Of a stretch of 43,776 bases of DNA, positions 1 to 6,127 are shown one piece after another. The notes beneath the pieces were generated by a model that worked only from the letters and a program-made list of their open reading frames with translations, was not told where the DNA came from and did not search any database. The translations under genes were made by a program, and so were the position numbers. Position 1 is the first letter of the stretch. Every line of letters begins with the position of its first letter. The DNA is from an uncultured archaeon (GTDB lineage: Archaea; Asgardarchaeota; Thorarchaeia; Thorarchaeales; Thorarchaeaceae). Where the stretch lies: assembly GCA_964413775.1 (NCBI GenBank), contig CAYPUO010000001.1, forward strand, positions 1 to 43,776, read 5' to 3'.

Positions 1-14
1 CCTGTCGCCTGATG
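1..14. repeat. 14-bp terminal direct repeat, copy 1 (CCTGTCGCCTGATG)
   Basis: The first 14 nt are identical to the last 14 nt (43763..43776). This is the usual signature of a circular or terminally redundant contig. Confidence 0.9.
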
Positions 15-15
15 T

Positions 16-552
16 TTAGCTGACTACGCCAGCTTTCTTGAGTAGGGACTCTCGGATTGCATACCGCCAGTTCTTGTCCGTGTTGGACTCCCAGGCTTGC
101 TGGTAGCTCATGCCGTCCTTGTATTCCTCGCTGCCGAATTTCTCCAGCAGTTCGCTGGTGCTGACGGAGAACTTCTTGCCGCCGCCTCCACCGCCGCCGC
201 CTGTCTTTCGGGCTGCGGTCTTCATCAGGCGACAAGTCACCAGCTTCTCCCCGAAGTCGTTGGAGTACCAGATACCGTCTGCTTCGTCAAGTTCGCCAGA
301 CTCCACCAGCTTGGCGAGGGCTTTCTGGATAACGGACTTGACAGTCTCCGTCTTTTCAGCCAGAACTGCCTGTCGTGCCTCAAGCTCTGCCTGCTCCTTG
401 GCTTTCTGGAACTTGACAAGCTCCTGCGCTACTTTGGCAACCGCCTTGTAGTCGCCAGACGCCACCGCCTGATTCATTTCCTGCATCAGTGCAGCTTCGT
501 CTTTTGGCTGCTCTTCTACAGCCTGCTCTTGGGTGGTCTCTTCATCTGCCAT
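16..552 (-). CDS. hypothetical protein (acidic coiled-coil N-half, Gly8 linker, basic C-terminal domain; possible DNA-binding)
   Basis: The ORF spans 16..561. The ATG at 552 lies 6 nt after AAGGAGGTG, whereas the track start at 561 is a GTG inside that SD. It has its own promoter upstream. No family recognised. Confidence 0.7.
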   Translation of the reverse strand: MADEETTQEQAVEEQPKDEAALMQEMNQAVASGDYKAVAKVAQELVKFQKAKEQAELEARQAVLAEKTETVKSVIQKALAKLVESGELDEADGIWYSNDFGEKLVTCRLMKTAARKTGGGGGGGGKKFSVSTSELLEKFGSEEYKDGMSYQQAWESNTDKNWRYAIRESLLKKAGVVS

Positions 553-601
553 CAAAGGCACCTCCTTACTGTGCTAGGGTGTCTTTTCACCCTGCGTATA
601 T

Positions 602-631
602 ATTTTACCACAACAGGGCGGCAGATGTCAA
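602..631 (-). promoter_or_regulatory. sigmaA/sigma70-type promoter for gene 16..552
   Basis: Minus strand reads TTGACA (631..626), an 18-nt spacer, then TGgTAAAAT (-10 at 607..602). A small GGGTG/CACCC hairpin (577..592) sits in the leader. Confidence 0.6.
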
Positions 632-860
632 GGGCAGTAGCTTGGCTAGTTGTCCAGCCTGCTCAATATGTAGGACATGATGTCCATTGTCTTTCGGACA
701 AGTTCTCCCTATGATAGGCTATCTTCAGCCCTCCGCCATAGATGCTAGTCCTGCTGTCAGGCATATAGCCTGCCTCATTGTATCATACTATAATCCTACC
801 ATATTATTTTATTCTGAGCATATCATCATGCTCACTATCATCTTATCATAGCTACACAAG

Positions 861-1059
861 CAGAACAATCCCCCATTAGTACTGGTTGGGCATAGTACTT
901 TGGTCCTAGAACATATGTTCGATTCTGGATGCTGGCAGCAGCCTGCCAAATGGCAGAACGTGGGGATAATCCTGCCAACTGGCAAGTTGCCATAATGCAG
1001 AACATGGTGGCGGGCACTTTACATAATGTTCTGCTCCCACAACTTTACATAATGTTCTG
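861..1059. repeat. cluster of C[AT]GAACA[AT] motifs in both orientations, with palindromes
   Basis: Motif copies:
- CAGAACAA at 861
- TAGAACAT/ATGTTCGA forming the perfect palindrome GAACATATGTTC at 909..920
- CAGAACGT at 954
- CAGAACAT at 998
- ATGTTCTG at 1026 and 1052

Other palindromes:
- CTGCCAAATGGCAG at 943..956
- CTGCCAACTGGCAAG at 972..986

GCAGAACAT (997..1005) pairs perfectly with ATGTTCTGC (1026..1034). Confidence 0.8.
1016..1059 (+). repeat. two direct copies of the 18-mer ACTTTACATAATGTTCTG, period 26 bp
   Basis: Exact copies at 1016..1033 and 1042..1059. Confidence 0.9.
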
Positions 1060-1157
1060 GAGCATGGGGGTACTGCTACTTGACATAAAAAAGATGGGGG
1101 CATACGGTAGGACAGTTTTTCCCACATATTATCTCTTCTATTGGTAGTACGAGAATT

Positions 1158-1694
1158 TCACCGCTGGAAATGTTTTACTTCCAACTTCATGACTGAGCTA
1201 CTGGTTGAACAGTATTCGAGTCTTGGAGGGACATCATAGCCAGTTATCAGATATGGGATACTGAATACTGGAAACTGCTTAAACAACACAGGAACTGGCA
1301 CAGGCTTAAATACATGAGGAACTCCGAAGCAGTCCTGATAATCCTTGCACTTCAGCTTGATGGTGGAGTACACCCATACCAGAACATATGGCTTCCTGTC
1401 AAGGGCGCACCGAAGTATATGCTCTGCTGGATTGAAAAGCCTATAGCAGCAGGAACGGTCTCCACGAAACTCCCGAAAGATAGAGCCTCCTGCTATCCTG
1501 ACCGCCACCATCAACTGCGACACTTGGAATAGCTCTGATAACTCTGGTATTGAGTGTGTCTTGGCATACTTCTCAAAGATACCACTTGGCATCGTGAGTT
1601 CTGCTGCTGCTATATCGCAGAGACGTTCTTCATATTCGTTTGCCACTACTTCCAACCTGTGACAGGCATGGCAAATCGGAGTCGGTATCCACAC
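1158..1694 (-). CDS. DUF955/ImmA-IrrE-like domain protein with a degenerate metal site; start unresolved
   Basis: EERLCDIAAAELTMPSGIF...SIPELSELFQVSQLMVAVRI matches the E-x-EAN-x-FA-x-x-LLMP ... I-x-ELA-x-x-F-x-VS pattern of the ImmA/IrrE (M78) family. CHACH replaces HEXXH. The only start is a GTG at 1694, which has no SD and directly follows an in-frame TGA. Confidence 0.45.
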   Translation of the reverse strand: MWIPTPICHACHRLEVVANEYEERLCDIAAAELTMPSGIFEKYAKTHSIPELSELFQVSQLMVAVRIAGGSIFREFRGDRSCCYRLFNPAEHILRCALDRKPYVLVWVYSTIKLKCKDYQDCFGVPHVFKPVPVPVLFKQFPVFSIPYLITGYDVPPRLEYCSTSSSVMKLEVKHFQR

Positions 1695-1822
1695 TCAGGA
1701 CACTTGAACTCTACAACTAGCTTGGTGGGTCTGCCTTGAAACCATGAGTACATGTGACTGACCTGCTCCATGACTAGCGGATTCTTGGGCTGGCAATCCT
1801 GATTCGGGCAGTATATGTTCAT
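1646..1822 (-). CDS. small zinc-ribbon protein (58 aa)
   Basis: The ATG at 1822 is preceded by GAGGAGG. The protein MNIYCPNQDC...KCPECGY carries two Cys pairs. Its 3' end overlaps 1158..1694 by 49 nt in another frame. Confidence 0.55.
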   Translation of the reverse strand: MNIYCPNQDCQPKNPLVMEQVSHMYSWFQGRPTKLVVEFKCPECGYRLRFAMPVTGWK

Positions 1823-1970
1823 TGTAAACCTCCTCACATGGACTATATGAAGGCTTGTAGCCTGCACATGACGGATTGCAGGAATGGCATCTGAGTCCAG
1901 CACGAAAACCAAACTGACAAGTTGGGCGGAACTCATCATAGCTTCCTGCGAGAACTAAATCTCTGCTCAT
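1695..1970 (-). CDS. uncertain Cys-rich small ORF
   Basis: The ATG at 1970 forms an ATGA overlap with the upstream stop and follows GGAGGAGGAGGT. The N-terminal 45 aa are Cys-rich (CHSCNPSC). The distal half looks low-complexity, overlaps the zinc-ribbon ORF, and ends at a TGA in frame with 1158..1694. Confidence 0.25.
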   Translation of the reverse strand: MSRDLVLAGSYDEFRPTCQFGFRAGLRCHSCNPSCAGYKPSYSPCEEVYNEHILPESGLPAQESASHGAGQSHVLMVSRQTHQASCRVQVS

Positions 1971-2341
1971 AATACCTCCTCCTCCATTATCTCCACATCA
2001 TGCGGGTAGTCCCTGTCCAGCATAACTGCTGCAACTGCCAGCGGGAACATATCAGGCGGAATGGTTTTCTTCAGATAGTATATATCCTGTATCTTGCTCA
2101 TAAGCCTCTTGGCTGCTGGATGCAGGTCAAGCACTCGCTGGTAGCCTCCATCCAGTCCATATATGTAAAACCAGTTACCGAGCCTTTGACACTCGTTCAG
2201 GTTATTCGGCAACCATCTAACTCGATGGCAGAATTTACACTCAAATACTGTCCCTCCATCAACAACAGTCTTTCCAACCAAGAAGTGAGCCTTGCTTCGT
2301 GGCGATTCTTCACAGCGGGTGTCTAACCAAGTTATTCCCAG
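1967..2341 (-). CDS. hypothetical protein lacking a canonical start codon (CTG at 2341 or -1 frameshift fusion)
   Basis: The protein-like sequence (LGITWLDTRCEES...FECKFCHRVRW...) begins just where gene 2332..2781 ends. The frame stays open up to 2686, but that part is low-complexity and lies inside the upstream gene. There is no in-frame ATG, GTG or TTG near 2341. GGGAGGAG lies 10 nt upstream of the CTG. Confidence 0.4.
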   Translation of the reverse strand: MGITWLDTRCEESPRSKAHFLVGKTVVDGGTVFECKFCHRVRWLPNNLNECQRLGNWFYIYGLDGGYQRVLDLHPAAKRLMSKIQDIYYLKKTIPPDMFPLAVAAVMLDRDYPHDVEIMEEEVL

Positions 2342-2781
2342 TTCTTTGGCGCTCCTCCCAGAGGGACGATTTCTTCCTTCAATGTCTCTAATTGTGTCCC
2401 TAAGTGAATAAGTACGTCCACGTTTGCGTCCCCTTCCATCTCCGCCCTTATTCTTTGCATTACTCTCGCCCTTCTTCTTAGGATTGCCACTCTTGCTTCC
2501 CTCTGCTTTTTCGGCATGACCAGTGACTTCCTGCCCCTGGACTCTACGTGCTTCTGCTTGCTTAGATAATCCAGAGCCTGAGCCAGCCAGCAACACTGGT
2601 CGTCCGACTTCCTCTTGGCGTGCCAGTGAAAACGTCTCGTCCATTTTCTCGCTGTGCCTCCTTTCTCGCCATCGAATTTCCTCCATAACTTACCGAAAAC
2701 GCAAGGCTCTCCGTTCTCGATAGGCTCTCCGCAGTAGTCGCACTTAGCAGTCTTATTACAGCGACTAATCCAGATGTCCAT
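2332..2781 (-). CDS. hypothetical basic protein with an N-terminal Cys cluster (possible regulator)
   Basis: The ATG at 2781 lies 5 nt after AGGAGGG, directly downstream of a consensus promoter. The protein carries CNKTAKCDYCGEPIENGEPC. Confidence 0.6.
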   Translation of the reverse strand: MDIWISRCNKTAKCDYCGEPIENGEPCVFGKLWRKFDGEKGGTARKWTRRFHWHAKRKSDDQCCWLAQALDYLSKQKHVESRGRKSLVMPKKQREARVAILRRRARVMQRIRAEMEGDANVDVLIHLGTQLETLKEEIVPLGGAPKNWE

Positions 2782-2798
2782 TCAACCCTCCTGTATTT

Positions 2799-2828
2799 AT
2801 TATAACATACAGTACCATTAGATGTCAA
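2799..2828 (-). promoter_or_regulatory. sigmaA-type promoter for the left minus operon
   Basis: Minus strand reads GGGGTG-TTGACA (2828..2823), an 18-nt spacer, then TGtTATAAT (-10 at 2804..2799). Confidence 0.7.
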
Positions 2829-2843
2829 CACCCCAGTACACCT

Positions 2844-2852
2844 TGGTATAAT
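2844..2852 (+). promoter_or_regulatory. possible extended -10 promoter (TGgTATAAT), rightward
   Basis: A perfect TGnTATAAT without a good -35. It overlaps the divergent promoter region. Confidence 0.35.
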
Positions 2853-2889
2853 AAATAATCCGTTATTAGCAGCAGATTTCAACATCTAC

Positions 2890-2918
2890 TTGACACCCCG
2901 ATTTGATTGTGCTATACT
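2890..2918 (+). promoter_or_regulatory. consensus sigmaA-type promoter of the virion/packaging operon
   Basis: TTGACA (2890..2895), a 17-nt spacer, then TGcTATACT (-10 at 2913..2918). Confidence 0.75.
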
Positions 2919-2932
2919 GAAACTGAAGGGAA

Positions 2933-3508
2933 TTGAATGGTTCTGAATCATCTGAGCTTGGAAGAGGAGATATGGAAGGTGAAGTAGTAAAACCTAACCC
3001 TAACGGCAGTACCGAAGTCAGCATAGCTTCTGCTCTTATCCCTTGGGATAGAGACGATGAGAGAGCTTTGTTCTTCGGTTATCGTGCATCTGGACTATCA
3101 GTTCGTGAATCTCTCCAGATGATTAAGCGTTCTAAGCCTTGGCTATCACTCCAGCGCAAGGATGGGAAGTTTGTAGAGCTTGAAGGCAGGATTCCTGAGT
3201 TCCGCAGAGAGCTTTCCAAGGAATATGTTGAGATTGAGTTCTTTCGTAACTTCCGTCTTGTCCTCGAGAAAGACCACCGTATTATCAAGAAATCCCTCAG
3301 TGGAGAACCTCTGTCCAAGAATGAGCAGGAATATCTTGTCAAGATGCGTAGCCAATACACTCCTGCTCAGATTCAAATCCTCGAGGCAGTAGTCAAGGGC
3401 GGTGAGGACGGTTTCAACTTCGCCAGATTTGTGGCAGAAAATCCTGAGATTGTTCAGTTGAGCCGGACGGATACTATCACGATGGCGAGGAAAAGTGGCG
3501 ACAGCTAG
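2933..3508 (+). CDS. putative terminase small subunit / DNA-binding protein
   Basis: It is the first gene of the operon, upstream of TerL, and is 191 aa long. It has an HTH-like stretch (GLSVRESLQMIKRS). The call rests on position only. The start is a TTG close to the predicted transcription start. Confidence 0.4.
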   Translation: MNGSESSELGRGDMEGEVVKPNPNGSTEVSIASALIPWDRDDERALFFGYRASGLSVRESLQMIKRSKPWLSLQRKDGKFVELEGRIPEFRRELSKEYVEIEFFRNFRLVLEKDHRIIKKSLSGEPLSKNEQEYLVKMRSQYTPAQIQILEAVVKGGEDGFNFARFVAENPEIVQLSRTDTITMARKSGDS

Positions 3509-3671
3509 AGCAAGAAGAGCGCCGTCTGCTAAACAGTCAGCGGCGTCCAGAAGGAACATCGCTAAGGCTCACATAGCACGGACTCGTCTGCGTGAGCCTC
3601 GCAGTATAGGGCGGGTCAGACCTGCCAGACGACCTCAGCAGAGGAATTTACTAAGAGGGAGAACACGATAA
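3495..3671 (+). CDS. small Arg-rich basic protein (58 aa)
   Basis: Not in the ORF track because it is under 60 aa. The GTG at 3495 follows GAGGAAAA. The frame is open for 58 codons and ends in a TAATG overlap with the next gene. Confidence 0.4.
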   Translation: MATARARRAPSAKQSAASRRNIAKAHIARTRLREPRSIGRVRPARRPQQRNLLRGRTR

Positions 3672-3919
3672 TGGAATCTGTAATAGTAAAAGCCCTTGCT
3701 GCGGGAGGTCCTGTGGCAGTACTGGCAGCTATCATCTTTATCATGTATGTTAAGGACAGGCGAAATAGTGAAAAGTGTCTTCGTCAGGACAGAATGTTTA
3801 TGGAAGACCGATTGACTGGTATCCTTGAAAAAGACCAAAGCACTCGAGAGAAGAACACTGCTGCCCTGACTGAGCTTACAACCCAACTCCGACTGATGAA
3901 CGGTGGGAGGAAACGATAG
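3671..3919 (+). CDS. small membrane protein (one N-terminal TM segment, charged tail)
   Basis: Hydrophobic stretch VAVLAAIIFIMYV followed by a charged helix. Translationally coupled to both neighbours. Confidence 0.55.
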   Translation: MESVIVKALAAGGPVAVLAAIIFIMYVKDRRNSEKCLRQDRMFMEDRLTGILEKDQSTREKNTAALTELTTQLRLMNGGRKR

Positions 3920-4122
3920 TGGCAAACGCTAAGAGAGCACCGAGGTCAAGTGGTGGCAAGTGGATTCAGTCAGCCATCAAGAAGCCAGGAGCTTTGACCA
4001 GACAAGCCAAGGCTGCTGGTATGTCAGTTATGGCATTTGCCAGAAAGCATCGTCATTCACCTGGCAAGACTGGTCAACGGTCTCGTCTGGCTCTAACCCT
4101 GAGCAAACTTCGCAAACGATAG
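3919..4122 (+). CDS. small basic protein
   Basis: GTG start overlapping the upstream TAG. Lys/Arg-rich, 67 aa. Confidence 0.5.
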   Translation: MANAKRAPRSSGGKWIQSAIKKPGALTRQAKAAGMSVMAFARKHRHSPGKTGQRSRLALTLSKLRKR

Positions 4123-4129
4123 GAGGCGC

Positions 4130-5830
4130 ATGGCTACCCAGACTATTTCCCAAGAAGAGGCTATGAAGCGACTCTTCTCCAACCGCCGCCTTACCCTTGA
4201 AACACTACTGGAAATCGAGGATAAGGACAGACAGCTTGTGCCTATGAAGCTCAATCCTATCCAGGCTGATGTGATTGAGACTTCTACCTGGCGAGACATC
4301 TATGTTAAACCTGGGCAGATTGGCTTCACTTCCGTAATAGCTGGTGACTTCCTCATAGACAACATCACTATCAACGGCACGGTTTCTGTCATTATCTCCT
4401 ACGATGAATTCTCTGCGCAGCGTCTGCTCCTCAAAGCAAAGAAATACCATCAGTCCTTGAAACGGCGGATTCCTTCCATCGCTGACCTTGACCATAAATC
4501 TTCTACTGAATTGAGTTTCATAAATAAGGATACTGGGCACTACTCAACCTTCTATATCTTCAGCGCAAGGTCATATGTACTGGGTCGTGGTGAGACGATT
4601 CATAACTTGCTACTGGATGAGTATGCGTTCTGGCCTCTTGGTACTCATGAAAACACCTTCGCCTCTGCTGTTCAGCGTGTTCCTTTGAAGCCTGGAACAA
4701 AGGTTCGTATCGGTTCAACTGCCAATGGCGAGGACAATCCTTTCTGTGAAATGTATCGGGCTGCTATGGAAGGCTACACCCTTGGTTCTGGTCATATGAA
4801 GTCAGTCTACAAGCCTCATTTCTATCCTTGGTTTATTCATCCTGAGTATGTCATGTATGCAGATGACCCATTTGTTCTGGATGGGGACGACCAAGACCCA
4901 CTGCCCAATATTACTGATGAGGAAGCTCAACTGATGAGGAAGCTCATTGACTTCTACAACCATGATGAGTTCCTTGCTATGGCAAGAATCCGTTGGCGCA
5001 GGTATAAGCAAGTTGAAATGCGTTCTATGCGCCGAACTGGTGAAACGGTCTTCATCTTCTCGCAGGAGTTTCCTGAGGATGATGAAAGTTGTTTCTTAAC
5101 TGCGGGCAATCAGGCATACAGTCCTGAGGTAATTGAGCAGAAAATTCGTCAGTGCTACCCTGCACCGATGCACCGAGCCTGCGTGAACAAGAAAACTGGT
5201 ATATCGGCTGAGGCAGACATCTGGCATGACCGTGAGCCTGGGCTACCTTACATAATGAGTATTGACCCTGGGAAAGGTAAAGCCTCCGAGTCTGTAGCTC
5301 ATATCTGGCACTTCGAGGATGGCTACGAAGATAAGGAGGGCAAAGACCATCCACCAATCCTAAAGCACTGTGCAACTCTTGCAGGCTGGTATGACGAGTG
5401 GGAAATGGCAGAGTACTCTAAAGACCTAGCTTACTACTACGGTAACACAGTTATATGTCCTGAGGACAATCTGGATATAGTCTCCCACCTGCGAGATTTC
5501 CCTGCGCTATACTGGCGTGAAGATGTCCGAACAGGCAAGTATATTCGAGCTATCGGGTGGCAAACTAATACTTCCACCAAACCATATATGCTGACTGAAC
5601 TCAACCGCTATCTCGAAGATGTTGAGTGCTATGACCAGCGATTCTGGGCGCAGTTGAGAAATATCCGCCGAGACCCGACTATGAAGTATGGTATCTCGGT
5701 GGTAGGAGCAGATGACCACCATGATGCAGGTGCAATAGCCGTAGTCTGCCGAGGAGTCCAAGCTGTTCAAGTAGGCTATGCTGGTTCCTCTGGGGACTCA
5801 GGAGGTTGGGATGAAAAGTGGGGCAAGTAA
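4130..5830 (+). CDS. terL: terminase large subunit
   Basis: Walker A-like KPGQIGFTS. Walker B LLLDEYAFW. Nuclease-domain acidic motifs SIDPGKG and GADDHHDAGAIA. 566 aa, with the SD TAGGAGG. Confidence 0.9.
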   Translation: MATQTISQEEAMKRLFSNRRLTLETLLEIEDKDRQLVPMKLNPIQADVIETSTWRDIYVKPGQIGFTSVIAGDFLIDNITINGTVSVIISYDEFSAQRLLLKAKKYHQSLKRRIPSIADLDHKSSTELSFINKDTGHYSTFYIFSARSYVLGRGETIHNLLLDEYAFWPLGTHENTFASAVQRVPLKPGTKVRIGSTANGEDNPFCEMYRAAMEGYTLGSGHMKSVYKPHFYPWFIHPEYVMYADDPFVLDGDDQDPLPNITDEEAQLMRKLIDFYNHDEFLAMARIRWRRYKQVEMRSMRRTGETVFIFSQEFPEDDESCFLTAGNQAYSPEVIEQKIRQCYPAPMHRACVNKKTGISAEADIWHDREPGLPYIMSIDPGKGKASESVAHIWHFEDGYEDKEGKDHPPILKHCATLAGWYDEWEMAEYSKDLAYYYGNTVICPEDNLDIVSHLRDFPALYWREDVRTGKYIRAIGWQTNTSTKPYMLTELNRYLEDVECYDQRFWAQLRNIRRDPTMKYGISVVGADDHHDAGAIAVVCRGVQAVQVGYAGSSGDSGGWDEKWGK

Positions 5831-5966
5831 GAGTGCGATACTCTGCAACAAGTGCAGTACGGTTGTGCCTGAGAGCACTAAGACCTGCCCGAGTTGCGGC
5901 GGAAGGAAATTCACCAACTCATTCCTTAAGTATATCGAAGGAAAAGGTCTCCCAGATGGAGTATAA
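5811..5966 (+). CDS. small zinc-ribbon protein (51 aa)
   Basis: The ATG at 5811 lies 6 nt after AGGAGG. Cys pairs CNKC...CPSC. Overlaps the TerL 3' end by 20 nt. Confidence 0.5.
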   Translation: MKSGASKSAILCNKCSTVVPESTKTCPSCGGRKFTNSFLKYIEGKGLPDGV

Positions 5967-5983
5967 AAGTACGAATAGCACAA

Positions 5984-6127
5984 GTGAATATAACTTGCCA
6001 AGAATGCGGCAAGAAGATAAAACCTGGGCATGGCTACTGCTGGAAGCACGTTCCTACAGCAACTTCCATCCGTGTCCTGCGAGTATGCCCAGAATGTATG
6101 GAGGACTCAGATGCTAGTGAAAAATGA
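5984..6127 (+). CDS. candidate second small zinc-ribbon protein (47 aa)
   Basis: The frame is open from GTG 5984 and carries CQEC...CPEC. There is no clear SD, and it overlaps the portal start. Confidence 0.3.
   Translation: MNITCQECGKKIKPGHGYCWKHVPTATSIRVLRVCPECMEDSDASEK

Noticed and set aside
97-714. Long antisense or shadow ORFs listed in the track. Examples are 97..714 (+), 17215..17919 (-), 19654..20166 (-), 24642..25067 (-) and many inside 7849..13929.
   Set aside because: They lie opposite or out of frame within ORFs that have clear motifs and SD sites. They lack SD sequences and have low-complexity or Ser/Leu/Arg-rich translations typical of non-coding frames.
913-925. tRNA-like T-loop sequence GTTCGATTC.
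   Set aside because: The flanking bases cannot form a T-stem, and no acceptor or anticodon arms can be drawn. It is part of the GAACATATGTTC palindrome.
1016-1059. A CRISPR-like array.
   Set aside because: There are only two 18-nt repeat copies with an 8-nt spacer, and there are no cas genes. This does not match CRISPR repeat or spacer dimensions.
1080-1108. A rightward promoter, TTGACA-N17-TACGGT.
   Set aside because: The -10 is poor, there is no TGn element, and it would only drive antisense transcription into 1158..1694. The evidence is not sufficient.
906-1147. ORFs 906..1127 (-) and 929..1147 (+) in the repeat-rich region.
   Set aside because: They have no SD. Their sequence is made of iterons and palindromes, and the translations look non-protein-like. 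The region is better explained as non-coding regulatory or origin DNA.
1695-1697. Genome-wide TGA reassignment (code 4 or 25) as the explanation for the in-frame TGA.
   Set aside because: TGA serves as the terminal codon of several well-delimited genes (14604, 40639, 41344, 41255, 1967), mostly in ATGA overlaps with the next start. All long ORFs are intact under the standard code.
1967-2686. The full-length 239-aa ORF as a real gene starting at the ATG at 2686.
   Set aside because: Its first 115 or so codons are low-complexity (G/K/R/S/E) and lie entirely inside the better-supported gene 2332..2781, which has a promoter, an SD and a Cys cluster. Only the part downstream of 2341 looks like protein.
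4855-4866. A YADD tetrapeptide, which could hint at a reverse transcriptase or diversity-generating retroelement.
   Set aside because: It lies inside the terminase large subunit. No RT domain and no template/variable repeat pair is present anywhere.
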